A DNA stretch of 63,998 nt, the filler included, from Basidiobolus ranarum (lineage: Eukaryota): the NCBI GenBank assembly GCA_040143965.1. It is 12 parts of 12 records of this genome, joined end to end, with 100 filler letters (N's around TTAATTAATTAA, not from the genome) between each part and the next. Parts side by side here need not be neighbours in the genome. Positions count along the whole stretch, not along the records: positions 10,766 to 16,044 come from JASJQH010008525.1; positions 16,145 to 21,417 come from JASJQH010008526.1; positions 21,518 to 26,788 come from JASJQH010008527.1; 9 more parts are not named here. One strand, 5' to 3'. Shown one piece after another: positions 13,535-26,888 of the stretch (position 1 is the stretch's first letter; every line of letters begins with the position of its first letter). The position numbers and the translations under genes were made by a program. Below the pieces are notes generated by a model. That model was given only the letters and a program-made list of their open reading frames with translations, ran no database searches and was not told the origin of the DNA.

Positions 13535-15838
13535 TGTTGAAATCAGATAAAGAGCAACTCATTATTTAGAGGTTAGTATATTCATATTCTAATTATTTAG
13601 CCCTCAAATCTGCCATTAAAAAATGTGTGTTTATTGCTCTCTCTAATTGATAGAAATATCAATTAGATCACCTTTACCAACTTTCTCAAAACTTTTCCAA
13701 ATCATCTTAACTTTTGACCCATGCTTAATAGGCATGATTGTTATGATCTAAGCACATCTAATTGTCCTGTTTCATTGTCAACTATAAATAGGTCATATTT
13801 AATACAATAAAACTTAAGTATCCTATACACAGATTCAAATCTTTTCCAAAACACTTCCAAATCCCCTTAACAATTTTATCAGGTTATGAGCCTCAAGATA
13901 GCTGTTAAAGTAATGTCTACCAGTACTATTACCAAGATTTTTGAATCCATACAGAAGTTTGATGGTAAAGACTTTCAGCTCTGGAAATTCAAGATGCAAA
14001 TGGTGCTAGAAGACAAGTTCTTTTGGGAATTTGTAACAGCAGAAGAAATAGAGCCAAAGGGACCAACAGAAGCTATCCTTTCTTTTCACAAGAAGCAGTG
14101 AAAAGGCACTCTGTGCACTTAGTCTACATGTCAGAGACTCTCAATTAAGGCACATACAATGAGCCAAAAACATCCCAATTACTTGGGAAATAATTAAAGG
14201 ACTATACAAGACTAAAGGACTGGCTAGCTGGCTATATCTTAGCAAAAGTCATTCTCAATTTGGATGAATTCTGATGAATCTATGCTTGATCATATAAATT
14301 GGATAAACACTATGGCAGATCAGCTCTCATCCATTGGAGCACCTCTGAATGAAGATGATTTAGTCATGACACTACTTGGGAACCTGCCGGACAAGTTTGG
14401 GGCCCTCATATTTGCCTTAAAATCAAGATCAGAGCCAGTAACAATGTAATATGTTGGTGCTAGGCTTTTGAATCAAGAACTAAGGAGATCTATATCTCAG
14501 GAAAATAGTGCCGAACAGGTATTTTTGGAGCTATAAAACATCCCACAGGCTTCAATAATGGTGCCTCTAATAGGAAATCAATCATCTGCAAATATTGCTA
14601 GAACACAGGCCATTTACTCAAATATTGCAGAAAAAGGATTTTTGCCAAGAAGCAAAAATCAGAACAAGCAAATCAAGTAAACACTAATAGAGATCATCTA
14701 TTTGTGTCTGTCCTACCAGTAACCACTAAAGAAAACTCACAAACACGGTACATTTTCCAGGAGCTTCCCAGCATATGCCAAATAGGAAAGATTGGTTTTC
14801 CAGCTTAAAACCCATCCAAACAAGAAAAAACTACTTAGGTGATGACTATGCACTACATGCAGTTGGTAAGAGCAGAGGTGTTCTCAATTCAGACAAAAAT
14901 TCAGCTACACCATCTGTAAAATTGGATGTTGTACTCTACGTACCAAATGTAGCCATGAATCTACTCTCAGTAAGCCAAGTCACAACTCAAGGACTAAATT
15001 TGGTGTTCAGCAAGACTGGTTGCACTATCACAGACCAGAATGATACCACGTTAGCTACTGGGATCAAAACTCAAAACTTGCACATGCTAGATATCAAAAA
15101 ATTGCACCCTGAGAATGCATACTTGGCCAAAACTGGTGAAAAAGCTGTCAAATGTGGCATAGAAGATTAGGCCACATTGGGGAACACAAACTGACCCAAC
15201 TAATCTCAAAGCAGCTTGTTTTAGGCTTAGAAAATGAAAATATCACTAAATTGGATATTGGGAAGGTTGTATGTATGCGAAACATCACAGTTAGACATTT
15301 TCAAGCTCTAGAGAGATCAAATCTACCTAGAATTTGGCCCAGATTCATTCTGACCTATGTGGGCTAATGTAAAATTTCTCAGTAGGTGAAAAAGGTACCT
15401 TATGACCTTTGCTGATGACAAAACAAGTTATACTTGTGTTGCTTTTCTCAAATCAAAATCTGAAGCCTTAGCAGTGTTCAAGCACTAAAAAGCAATGGTA
15501 GAGAAAAAATCAGCACCAAAAATAAGGATACTAAGGAGTAATAATGGTGGAGAATACTTCTCTAAAGACTTTGCTAGTTTTTGTTCTAAAAATGTAATTA
15601 AGTGACAAACTACTATACCTTAAACTCCACAGCAAAATGGAGTTGCAGAATGTGCCAGTAGGACCATAGTTGAGATGGCAAGATCAATGTTCCATGATCA
15701 AAAGTTAGATTACCAATATTAGGCTAAATCTGTCTCCACTGCAGTGTATGTCAAAAACAGATGCCCAACAAGAATGCTACAAGATTCTACTCCATTTGAA
15801 GCCCTATATGGATCAAAACCAAGTGTGGATCATCTAAG
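13535..15838 (+). mobile_element. Ty1/copia retrotransposon family A: 5' LTR (13535-13881), PBS, decayed gag-protease-integrase, 3' truncated
   Basis: LTR runs TGTTGAAA...TTATCA. Copia-type PBS GGTTATGAGCC at 13882. Gag KFDGKDFQLWKFKM, CCHC knuckle near 14587, GASQHM, WHRRLGH, IHSDLCG, NGGEY and TPQQNGVAE. Confidence 0.95.
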
Positions 15839-16144
15839 TTGAAGAGACTCCTGACAAGGTATCTATTTCACAAGAAGAATCTACACAACTCACCACTAGA
15901 ATTGAGGTAACACCTCCAACAAGGGCAAGAGCCCAACGAGTTGGTTCATCAGCTAGTAGTACACATCGACAGCAACGCCAGCCTGGAAGAGTCCGTGATG
16001 TTTCTCCCGTTTTTGATGAAGAGCAAGCAGTCGATGAAGAACCANNNNNNNNNNNNNNNNNNNNNNNNNNNNNNNNNNNNNNNNNNNNTTAATTAATTAA
16101 NNNNNNNNNNNNNNNNNNNNNNNNNNNNNNNNNNNNNNNNNNNN

Positions 16145-17619
16145 TCAATCCATAGTTCTCTGAGATTGTAGCCAATCATGTGCAACTATTTTGCAAGATC
16201 TTGAAATTTCACTCCTGAAACTGAAAAAATTGAGCAAAATCAAATCTAACCTGATGATTTTATGACAGTAAGTAAACAGTCAATCCCAAATGGATTAAAA
16301 TTTTGACAGTTTTCCTACAATAACAATCCTCTAATTTCTGTCAGGGAACAATGTATCAGCAAAATCAGCAATGGATGTAATGGGATGGGTTCAGGAAGCT
16401 CCAGTGGATATTAAGCTTCCCACAAAATTCCCTTCTCAATGTGCCCACTGTTGAAATCAGGTAAATAGCAACTCATTATTTTGTAGTTGGTTTATTCATA
16501 TTCAGATTATTTAGCATTCAATTCTGCCATTCAAAAATGTGTGTTTATTGCTCTAATTGATAGAAATATTAATTAAGTCACTTTTACCAATTTTCACTAC
16601 TTTCTCAAATCTTCTTGATATGACTTAAAATTTTCCCTCATGCTTAATAGGCAAGTTTGTTATGATCTAAGCATATCTAATAGTTCTATTTAATAGTAAA
16701 CTATAAAAAGGACATATTCAATTCAATAAAACATAAGTATTTAAGTCACAAATCCAAATCTTGTCCAAAACACTTCCAAATCCCCAAACACAGTTATCAC
16801 TCACAGGTTGTTGCATTGTTTGAGAACAATAATAATAATAAAACTCAATCCATGGACTCAGAGTCAATATTTCTATAATTCAAACTACTTTATTTGTGCT
16901 ATGATCTGCCAGTATTTATAGGAAAGCTGCAAGACAGATTTCTTAGTGAGTTAAACTAAGATATGCAGTGTCATTGATTCAGTCATGGGGTAATCTATTC
17001 AGGCAATACCACATATACTTGTGGCAGAAGATTTGCTAATTGCAAGTTGGGGATATTTTGGCTGAATTCTTTACGGAAATTTGCCAGAATCCAAGAGCTT
17101 ATTATCATTGTGAATGGTAACAAGAGTCAGCTACTTGCCAAGTGTCAGTGCTATTCAAAATTTCAGATGTTTAGCAACTTTCCACTATTAGTTTGCTGGT
17201 TAAGCATAGTGATGATGTTGAGTTATGTCTGATCAGTCCAGTATGTGCATATGTAGAGACTAAAAACAACAAGATTCTTGTATTTTTTGATTCTCATTAT
17301 GGCTGGAATACAAAGCCTAAAATATCTAAATATAAGCATGCATATTAATTAGATTCCCACCAGCAGTAAACACAGTATGTTGCCATTCAAAAATTAGTTT
17401 TTTTTGCAAAACCTGTTGGAAATTAATAATCCATGCCAAATATGAGGATCAATATTTACCATCTATGATTACCATCATAATATCATCAAGAAGTTACCCT
17501 GTCACCTTCAAAAACCCTGGCAGACTGCAGGCCACCAATAACTTTATGGTCCACTGATGGTTTTGTTATCCAAAAGGGGGGATCTGATCCAGAACAAATT
17601 GATTTTATTTTTGTTAGGG
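16145..17619 (+). mobile_element. CACTA end nested in the 3' part of another CACTA copy
   Basis: 16145-16346 is the terminus seen at 7064 and 8585. 16347-16448 plus 16805-17619 match 12500-13424 and end TTTATTTTTGTTAGGG. Confidence 0.75.
16449..16799 (+). mobile_element. Solo LTR, copia family A
   Basis: TG...CA, matches 13535-13881. 5-bp TSD CCCAC/CTCAC with one C>T change. The host sequence resumes on both sides. Confidence 0.92.
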
Positions 17620-17620
17620 G

Positions 17621-18900
17621 GCTGTTTTGTTGAATTTCAAGATATAGTCCCATTATAGCAAAGAAATAGGTATCTTGTTATTGGACTCTTGTCTTCATTG
17701 TCTCTTCCCCAATTAACATCTGAATATCCCTTCAAATCAAACTTTGCTCCATAATATGAACATTTTAAACCCAGATCCACAGTATATTTCAAATTTCTGA
17801 AAATCTGCCTAACTGCCATGTTTTGATCAGATTCATTATTTTGAAGATATTGGCACATAGCTCACACAGCATAAGCAATATCTGGCCATGTTCCAACCAT
17901 ATATGCATGAAATTACCAACCATATGTTGATTAAGAAATAACTGGCTTTTATTTCAATCAAAGAATGTCTGATTTGAGCCATATTTGCTGAAGTAAAGAT
18001 TTGTCTCCATTGAGGTAGGTACTAGATTGCATTCTTCAATTTCAACATGTTAAGAATATCTAGGATATACTTTGACTGGACTAGGCCTATCTATCTTAAT
18101 TTTGATTCTAAGATACATACAAGTTCTCTAAGATCAGTCATATTGTATTTGGCAGATAAGCTGGATTTATTTTTCTCAGAAGTCTTCAAGTCATTGGTTG
18201 CTATAATAAGGTCATCTACATATAAGGCTAATAAAACTGGGCTTGTCCTACCTGGCCTGATATAGAAACTATTGTCAGCATTACTCTGTTGGAATTTGTG
18301 TGTTTCCAAAAAAGCATCAATCTTGTAAATCCAAGCTCTAAGATATAGTTTTAAGCCATGGAGTTTTTCTGGAGTCTGAAAACTTATTTAGGGCTTTCCA
18401 GTACTGCAAATCCATCTGGCTGGTCAAAATAGATCTCCTCAGCAAGTTTAACATTTAAACAAGCAGCTTCAACATCCATTTATTGTATGGTAAACTCATA
18501 TTTAGCTGAAATTGCCAATATCATTTGGAATGAATTAAACTTTGCAACCAGAGCAAAACCTTCTATATAATGTATTCCTGGTGTTTAGGAATAGTCTTGT
18601 GCTACTAGTATAGCATTGTACCTTTCTATATTACCATCAGAGTTGTATTTGACTTTAAATACCCATTGGCAGCCAATTGATTTTCTATCATTCAGTTTGT
18701 TGGTTAAATTCCAAGTTTAATTATCAATCAAGGCATGGTACTTTGCAGCAATTACATATCTCCTATATCTTATCTGAGGCCCATTCAGATCTTTCTTACA
18801 GTCTGGCGTTCATATATTTGAGCTGTGCAGGCATAGGCTCATTTTCAGGAGTCATTGATATGATAATTGTTAGATTTTGATCTCAGCATCCTTTCATGGC
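17621..18900 (-). mobile_element. Copia RT/RNase H fragment, decayed
   Basis: LALYVDDLIIA, MTDL, TWPDIAYAV and LKGYSDVNWG on the minus strand, with stops and frameshifts. Confidence 0.92.
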
Positions 18901-18949
18901 ATTCTTGTGCTAGATCTTCTAGGTTACTTTATATGCAAGTCATGTTCTT

Positions 18950-21417
18950 TGTAATTATCTACAAAACCTAACCAATCATATTGTCCAACAGATAATATAT
19001 CCTCACCAAGACTTTCCATGGAAGGTCACATGTTCATCCTTACATCATCCCCATTTGCATTGGTCCTTGTTGTACCAAACACCCTAACACTTGACCTTGC
19101 CACAATATGTTCCTGTTCCGTATATAATGTTACATCCTGCTATATCTATATAAGCTCCCTGTTTTCCTTGCTCAGACCTCAGTTTGAACAATACCAGTTA
19201 TCAATTCAGATTCTTGCCAAAGTATTTTCCCTGTCCAGTCTTTTCTTGTCTTGCCATGTAGCCTATACCAATGTACCCCCCCTGCTTTCTAACCTGTTGT
19301 CTCTGTTTCTAGTCCTTGACCAGTTCCTTATTGTGACAGATTGATCAGACAACTTACACCTGCCTACATACTCTCTCTATCCCTGTTATCCAGCCTTTAA
19401 ACCCCCTAAAGCTGGCTTCCATCTTATTACCCATCTTTCCAAAGCTTCCCTGCTAAGGCAAAGGTAGCTTCCACCTTTGGATATTTGCTCTAAGTGAGTA
19501 CTTGTCAAGACACTACTGGTTTAGTTTATAGTTGTTTTCAATCAAAATCTAAGGACATTGATACCAGCATATTCTTTTGTCAAGGTGCCAATCATTTCTT
19601 CAACAGAAAGTTGGACATTGCATTGTGATTATCACTCCTAGAGAAGCTGGTGGTTTTAAAACTCCCTCCACAACTTAGTAAGTATTATGTCTACACCAGC
19701 CTCCTCAATGGAAAATATCATGCTAGCCCTTGCTCAGCTTCAGCAAGAACATCAGGAACTTTGTGCTTCTCTTGCTCAAGTATAGAATCTAGCTCCCCCA
19801 AGTGATCCTGCAAACCCAACCCCTGAACCAAAGATCTTCTTATCAAATAAGTTTGATGGCACTTGCCAATACTACCATGTTTTATCAATCAAGTAAAACT
19901 CATCATTCAGCTACATTCCCAGCAATCCCCCACTGATTAAACCAGAGTAGGACTAGTGAGAACACTACTATCGGAAACAGCTCTATCTTGGTTTGCTCCT
20001 TTGATGGAAAGTCAATCTCCACTTCTTTCCAACTTCTTTGCCTTCCTTGCTGAATTGGAAGGTACATTTGGGAATACATATATGGAAACAGCTTCTGCTA
20101 CCAAGCACTGTGCTCTTAAACCAGGGTCAGAGCCCACATCAACTTATGCTGCAGAATTTTGCCTCCTTGCCTGTGACCTCAATTGAGGAGAATCTGCCCT
20201 GATCAGCCAGTTCCAATATGGACTTTGAGAAAGTACTAAGAATCTTTTACTCACTGTGGCTGAGCCAGTGACCTTGACTGATGCTATTTATCAGGCTGTT
20301 TAATGTGATAACCTGTTGTTTGAAAGACAACTGCAAAGAAAATAGCTCATCTACTTTTGGCTCCCACTCCCATCAAGTACAAAGTGCAGCTCAAGCAGAT
20401 ATCTCAATGCAAGTTAATGAAACCTGATTCAGAAAGCTTTGCCTTGAGGAGAAATATCAACACCAACAAGATAATCTATGCCTTTATTGTGGAGCCCCTG
20501 GACAAGTAGCCAGAAACTGTTCAAAAAAGAATCCTGGATATAACAAAAACACAATGCAAGTTGAAGAGAACTCTCCTCAACCATTGGAAAACTTCAATGC
20601 CCAGCTACAATATGAGCATTCAGTAGGGCCAACCACCTTCAAAAATGTTTCTTCACCATACATTGCAATCTTGAAAGTATCCAACTTGTCATCAGCCAGA
20701 ATCCTAAAAACAGCTACAAAGACAACTTCTACAGACAATGTTGCTGAAGAGCTGTAACCAACAAAACCTATGGTTCCCAAACTTCCACCCAAATACTTAG
20801 CTTTTGCTGATGTCTTTGACAAGAAGAAATCTGACATACTCCAAACCCAGTGCCCCCATGATTGCTCTATAGATCTACAAGATGGAAAATAACAACCATT
20901 TAGGCCTAACTATTGGCTGCCTCAGCCAGAACTCAACATTCTAAAAGAGTATATAGCAAAAAAAATCTGGAAAACATCTTATCCCACATTCTGTTGGAAT
21001 CAGGTAATAGCAATCCATTATTTAGTAGTTAGTTTATATATGTTCTGATTATCTAGCACTCATTTCTGTCATTCAGAACTTGTGTTTATTGCTCTAATCA
21101 ATCAAAATATCAATTAAATCACTTTCACCAATTTTCACTATTTTCCCAAAACTTGATCAAATCACCTCATATTTTCACCCATGCTTGAAAGGCATGTTTA
21201 TTATGATCTAATCATGTCAAGTAGGCTTATTTAATAGTAAACTGTAAATAGGACATGTTCAATTTAATAAAGCTCAGTGGTCTAAATTGCAACTCCAAAT
21301 CTTGCCCAAAACACTTTAACACATTCAAAGTCTCCAGCAGGCTGTCCAATCCTATTTGTCAATAAAAAGCATGGATTCCTCCATCTCTGTGTTAATCATC
21401 AAAGCTAAAATAACTTT
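18950..21417 (+). mobile_element. Ty3/gypsy (Tf/sushi, chromovirus-like) element: putative LTR 18950-19338, gag from 19687, start of RT; decayed
   Basis: Gag EPKI..KFDG..ALSWF..YAAEF..DLN..ALISQFQYGL and CLYCGAPGQVARNC knuckle. Pol LPPKYLAFADVFDKK..HDCSIDL and SPAGCPILFV.KK. Confidence 0.9.
20992..21321 (+). mobile_element. Solo LTR, copia family A, inserted in the gypsy RT
   Basis: TGTTGG...TTAACA with a perfect TSD CATTC (20987-20991 and 21322-21326). Confidence 0.95.
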
Positions 21418-21587
21418 NNNNNNNNNNNNNNNNNNNNNNNNNNNNNNNNNNNNNNNNNNNNTTAATTAATTAANNNNNNNNNNNNNNNNNNNNNNNNNNN
21501 NNNNNNNNNNNNNNNNNCGATATTATATAGTAAGAATGCGGCTGTTGTGTATGTGTAGTAGGCTCTGTATTTACATTTGGATATGAC

Positions 21588-21728
21588 TTAGCAGTCCTGC
21601 GTTTGTTTGAGCATCAGATGGAGGACAATGTAGCGGTAGCGTAAAGCGAGCTCTTGATGATAAAGGACACACTGATCGACAGCAGTAGTGCTGTTATTGA
21701 GATTCATGGTTGGGCGAATTTGCGACAT
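21588..21728 (-). CDS. Candidate 46-aa small ORF of unknown function
   Basis: MSQIRPTMNLNNSTTAVDQCVLYHQELALRYRYIVLHLMLKQTQDC*. TATAAA at 21848-21843, a C/T/A-rich leader, and normal CpG content. Confidence 0.4.
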   Translation of the reverse strand: MSQIRPTMNLNNSTTAVDQCVLYHQELALRYRYIVLHLMLKQTQDC

Positions 21729-22329
21729 GACTTAGAATAGGAGTAGGAGGCTATGGGCGGAAGTAGTAGTAGTTGCTATGCCAGTTGAGATTTGTGCAAT
21801 GAAAAGCTGATGTGACTGATTCTTAGCTGGCTGGTGGCTGCCTTTATATGTGAGAGATATCATTGATAGAATTCTTCGATGAATAAGAAATCTGGATCAT
21901 GTATGACATCATAGACTGTGCTATTACCAGGTTATTTCCGTCCGATTGGTGTAACTTGATCGATGGGCAACAGCTCTTCTCAACTCTAACCCAACTTCTC
22001 ACATGATCTCTGCTACTAGACCAATGCTCAGGTTAATGAGCCACTCTACACTACGAATGGCTATCTCGAAATGAATCGAAACCTATTCAAGTTCAAGGTG
22101 AAATCGTCTCTACCCCACTCATTAATGATGGAAACAGTATGTTGAGGCAGGTCTCATTTCCCAGGGCAAATCGATGAAGAAAGACCGCGAATCGATTTCT
22201 ATGAATATGAAACCAACTTCAACAGATTTGTCCAACAAAATTCCCCTCCTTCCTCATGACCCTTCCTTTGGACGGCCTAAACTGAATAGTACTATTTTTG
22301 GTGTACCCATTGTATCAATCACCATTAAT

Positions 22330-22910
22330 CCTATCATGTATATTGAGGAATTATGACGTCGCCAATACTAACTAATTTAAGATGAGAAGGGCCAGAATAG
22401 TCCAATACAGGTTTGGTTAGGATAGTTAAGTTATGCGGACATTTGAATTACTAAAACGTGTTCCAGAGATTCCTGCATCCAAAAATAGATTCACATTAGT
22501 GGGATCACTTGAATAGCGAAAGTTGGAAAATGAGGTCATGAATTGAGGTGGGTTAGAAACACTAGTAACGAACTCATACATGAAATTAACCACATCTTCC
22601 AGATCCTCAAACACCTGTAAGTCGACACGAATGAAATGTGTAATCTGGTTATTCACTATGATGTACAAAGTATGAACCAGACTTCATCATGGAGAGCCAA
22701 GCCTGCCGTAGGCAATACCTACTCTGAAAGTCTCGATCAAGCCACCTAACTTGCCCTTTTGAAACATACAAAATCATCATTTAAATTAGACATCACGGAG
22801 TAGCACTGAGACATTTGCCCTCGATATCACTGGCACATTTGAGGGCACAGGAGTACTGTATCCGATCAGCTCAATCAGATGTGCTTCAAGTGCTGCATAT
22901 GGCAATGTCA
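22330..22910 (-). pseudogene. Possible nucleosidase/phosphorylase (PNP_UDP_1, MTA/SAH nucleosidase-like) relic
   Basis: Fragments ETFRVGIAYGR, NVNLFLDAGISG and, after an intron-like gap, IGDVIIPQY lie in the expected order. A stop follows soon after. Confidence 0.35.
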
Positions 22911-24248
22911 CTTGACTTTATTTGGAAGTACTAGAACTAATGAAAGGTAGCCCCCAAATTTGGAGGGAATTCTATTCAAGTAGGAAAGAACTCAAAGGAA
23001 ACTAGACCATTCGATATTTCATACAGGATTCGAATCGATCGAAGGAAAAATAACTACCAAATACGGAATTCAGATGTAGTAGATAGTAATCCACTTGAAG
23101 GCCATAGATATTACTTGTTATACTCAATCATAGTCTAGCATGTGTCTTATTATTCTGTATCCCAAGCCCACTTTCCTACCGAAACTAAGTACAGCTGTTG
23201 GGTTACTGGGAAGCTCGATCTAGATTTGGATAATAATTATATTGATGACTTATGCTATGAACATTATTGGAAAGCCTCAAGCCATGTCTTCTGAATTGGA
23301 AACGTATTTCTGGGACAAGTGAGTTAAATGACTATTTTCTATTTGGGTTAAATTGGCTGAGTTTCTCTGGATTTCAAATTGGCGAAGCCGTGTTAGATAA
23401 AACCTGGCTCCTGGTGAGAAGGATCAGGGTTTAGAACTATAGTGTATGAAACAGATACTCATTGCGCTGCTAGAACATACCAAACTGTTTACTCATCAAA
23501 ATACATATAAACCTCTTCTAGAATTTACTAAACCAGATTATGGTTCTTTTTCTCATGCTGAGTAAGGGATTTCGAGACTCGGGGGAAATCGTGATTGGAA
23601 CTTGAAGAATGTTCGATGAAGCGAGTTCCAAGAGCCCTTCATATTACAATCACCTGATTCAAAATACCGAAGTTATTGGTTAAGCAGATCTATAGGAGTT
23701 AGCTATCTTATATATGGCTGATTTGCATAATTTCTAGTTTAACTTTGAACACAAACCATTGTTTGAATCTGTATGGTTTGAAACGTATAAATGCTGATTT
23801 TTCGAACAATAAACCTGAATTTTTTAATCACGGTTATTCATTTCTTGGAAATCACTTCTAATTATCTCAATAACTTGGTGACTTCATCTCTCTTGTGATT
23901 TTCAAGAAATTATTTTTCACCATTCTTATGGTGGATTGCAGGCTAGAACAAAGTTATATAAAATGGAGGAATATTAAGTGAGAAATGAGAACTAATTTAC
24001 CCATGAAATATGATTCATGGAGGTTGTTCAAATAGCCATTGTCTGAACCTGACAGTGGAGTACGCTGATGATTATTTGATTAGTCCGAAAGTAACGATCA
24101 CATGTAAAAAGATTCGAAGATCGAATAAAGCTTGACATTCTAAGAAAATATGATTAGCTAGGTTTCTACTTGTAGTTTAATTAGGTTGCTGAGTATTATA
24201 TTATTGAATTGTATGGGTTGGAAAAGCCACTTGATATCAATAAATAGT

Positions 24249-24597
24249 TGTTGGAGTATCTTGGGAGTTTGTTGGAAGTGGTTTGGAGAACTGGAGAAAT
24301 TGGTAGTTTTCACTTATTGATTTATTATGTAAAAAGTTGACATGTATAGTTTTGTAAGGATATTAACAAAATAATGTGTAAAGTGAGTCGAGGAAGGTCC
24401 CAGAAACATGTGTACAAAGTTTGGGGCTTCTAGCACAAGTTTGAAAAATCTATACATCTGAGAACTTCTAAGTTGATGTCAATATTCTGAGTAAATTTCG
24501 ATTGCAAATAATGGGTAATATCTTAGTGAAATATAGGATAACTAAATTTTAAGCTATATATGACTATATAGGTGTTTAGTCAATGCTAATTTCAACA
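24249..24597 (-). mobile_element. Solo LTR, copia family B
   Basis: TGTTG...TTCAACA with a perfect TSD ATAGT. Matches the PBS-bearing LTRs at 43562 and 44183. Confidence 0.95.
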
Positions 24598-26229
24598 ATA
24601 GTATCATAGCCATAGTAGTTACTAAGAAGTATATATGATACAGATAGGTCAAATGCGAGCCTCTAGATTTATAAAACAAGTATTATTACAAGTGCTAGGG
24701 CTAGATATTTTGGAAATGGAACGAGTGGAGGTCAATTGAAATCATTTCTGAATATCAATCGGATGTATTTAAAATACATGTATATGAATATTTGAGTGCC
24801 CTGAAACATTATACACAGTAAGCATTTCTATCAATATTAGCTGTATGGTTTAGATTTTGTTTTCAATAATTGGTTCGTAATTGTCGGAAGCACTCAATTA
24901 CTGGTATCTGTAGCTCTAAGAGAATAAGTATAATGGTAATAACGAAAGAGTGTCTAATGTAATTTTATGAATCGCTCCAAGCCTAAGAAGGCAGTGACTT
25001 TGTGAACATCTGGATTCATAGTATCATAGAGGAAGATTGACAAGATAATTAATAAAACTCAATAGAGTTGGAAACAAATTTACCAGCAGTAGTATTTTGA
25101 AATTGGACCCTACCACTCCTATGCAAATGTGTCACTCCACGATCCCAGTTTTTTCATTGTAAAGATAGTATTTTCTTGATGACTGTTGTGGAAACAAACT
25201 CTAATGTATTTAGGAAATATTGAAAATATGTGGAAGCTTGAAGACATATTTCTCAGTGTAGCGTTGAGAAATTATATTCACCAATTGTGGGCAGAGTGTG
25301 CACAAAAGGAAGCCCATTAACATTAATCATCTCAGGTTCTTACAGAGTCAACTCTTCTTTGATGGTTTGGGAGGGTGCTTTTTAAGTGCAGAAGCTACAT
25401 ATATACTACAAAGAAGTATTTCAGTTTGGATAACTTTATGAGTAGCAAATAAACTAAAATACTTGAAAACTGTCGATGCCCCCATTTGATTCAGTATCAT
25501 TTCATAAAGGTAGATTCAGGAGGATTTTTTACTGACGCGTGATCCATATGTAGAAATCAATATATTGATAAAAAGATCATAAAAAGGGGTATCACAGTGA
25601 TAAAAAGAAGTGTTTTTAATGAACCTAGAATTTGGTACCAATTTTGATTCTTTTTCTCCAGTCACTTAGAGACATTTCAAATTTCTCCATTTTTCAATCG
25701 ATGTCTGTCCTTAAACACTATTGCATATGATATTGTTTCTTCGGTATTGCGTATATATGTAGTTTTGGCCAACTCGTACTCATTTTGAAGGAATTCCATG
25801 TTTCTTCATTAGTTCCACCACCAACGTATCCACCCATATTTGATCAGAATATCTATACCAGATCATAGATTTGATGCACCAAAGAAGATCAGCTTAGAGC
25901 AACTAATGACGCCACATTGATTTCCGTATATATCTAATGCTATAGACTTCCAAACCTCCTAGGCACTCCACGTACTTAAGTTGGGCATTTCTAGTTAGAC
26001 TCGAAGTATATTGATACATAAGCTGGTAATTCGACATTAAGAGGGGGTTCATTTTAAAAGATATTTATTTTTTACTATTCAAGAGGTTAAGAAACAAAAT
26101 TTCGTGATGGGTAAAAGATAGCCGTAGGTATAGTTAGGAATTTAATACCCCCTACTTTTGGATAACGCAGCGTCTTACATATGATTTAACTTATACAGTT
26201 AGTTACATGATCGAGGAACGATCGGATAT

Positions 26230-26788
26230 TTACTCATTATCGGGCCAGTCACAAATGATGGTGTCGCCAGATGATCTACAGACGCTTCCTTCACCACAAG
26301 ATGATTCCGCCCACTTGCCATGAACACACCAGTGGAATTTAGGTTGATTTTTACCAACACATTTATAGGCACCGGCTTCGCATTTGTTAGAGGGTGTAGA
26401 GGTAGGGGAAGAGGATTTACTTTGGGTCTTGGTATTGTCTTTAGTAGTAGTACTTGGCTTGGGATGGTGAGTGGGTTTGGGAGTATGGGTAGAGCTCTTA
26501 GTGCGTAAAGTAGAACCACTCGAAGCAGAAGCAGAAGTAGTTACACTGGTTGTAGATTCAGTGACTGTCTCAGTGACTGTAAAAGTCTCAGAGTCGGTGA
26601 TTGTTGCTGTGTCGCTATTAGTGATGGAGATGGTATCAGTAGGTGCAATTACTGTCTCTGAGGAAGTGACTGTATCTGTTGGTACTGCGGTTTCGGTGAC
26701 AGTTAGAATGTCCGAGTCTGAAGGAGTTCCAGTGGGTGCCACGGTTTCAGTAGCGGAGACAGCATCAGTAGGTGTGGCGAGATCTGTT
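26230..26788 (-). CDS. S/T-rich, probably secreted protein with C-terminal CBM19-like chitin-binding module (5' end cut by contig end)
   Basis: Open to the contig edge. A Thr/Ser stalk is followed by CEAGAYKC...FHWCVHGKWAESSCGEGSVC...CDWP. Confidence 0.82.
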
Positions 26789-26888
26789 NNNNNNNNNNNN
26801 NNNNNNNNNNNNNNNNNNNNNNNNNNNNNNNNTTAATTAATTAANNNNNNNNNNNNNNNNNNNNNNNNNNNNNNNNNNNNNNNNNNNN

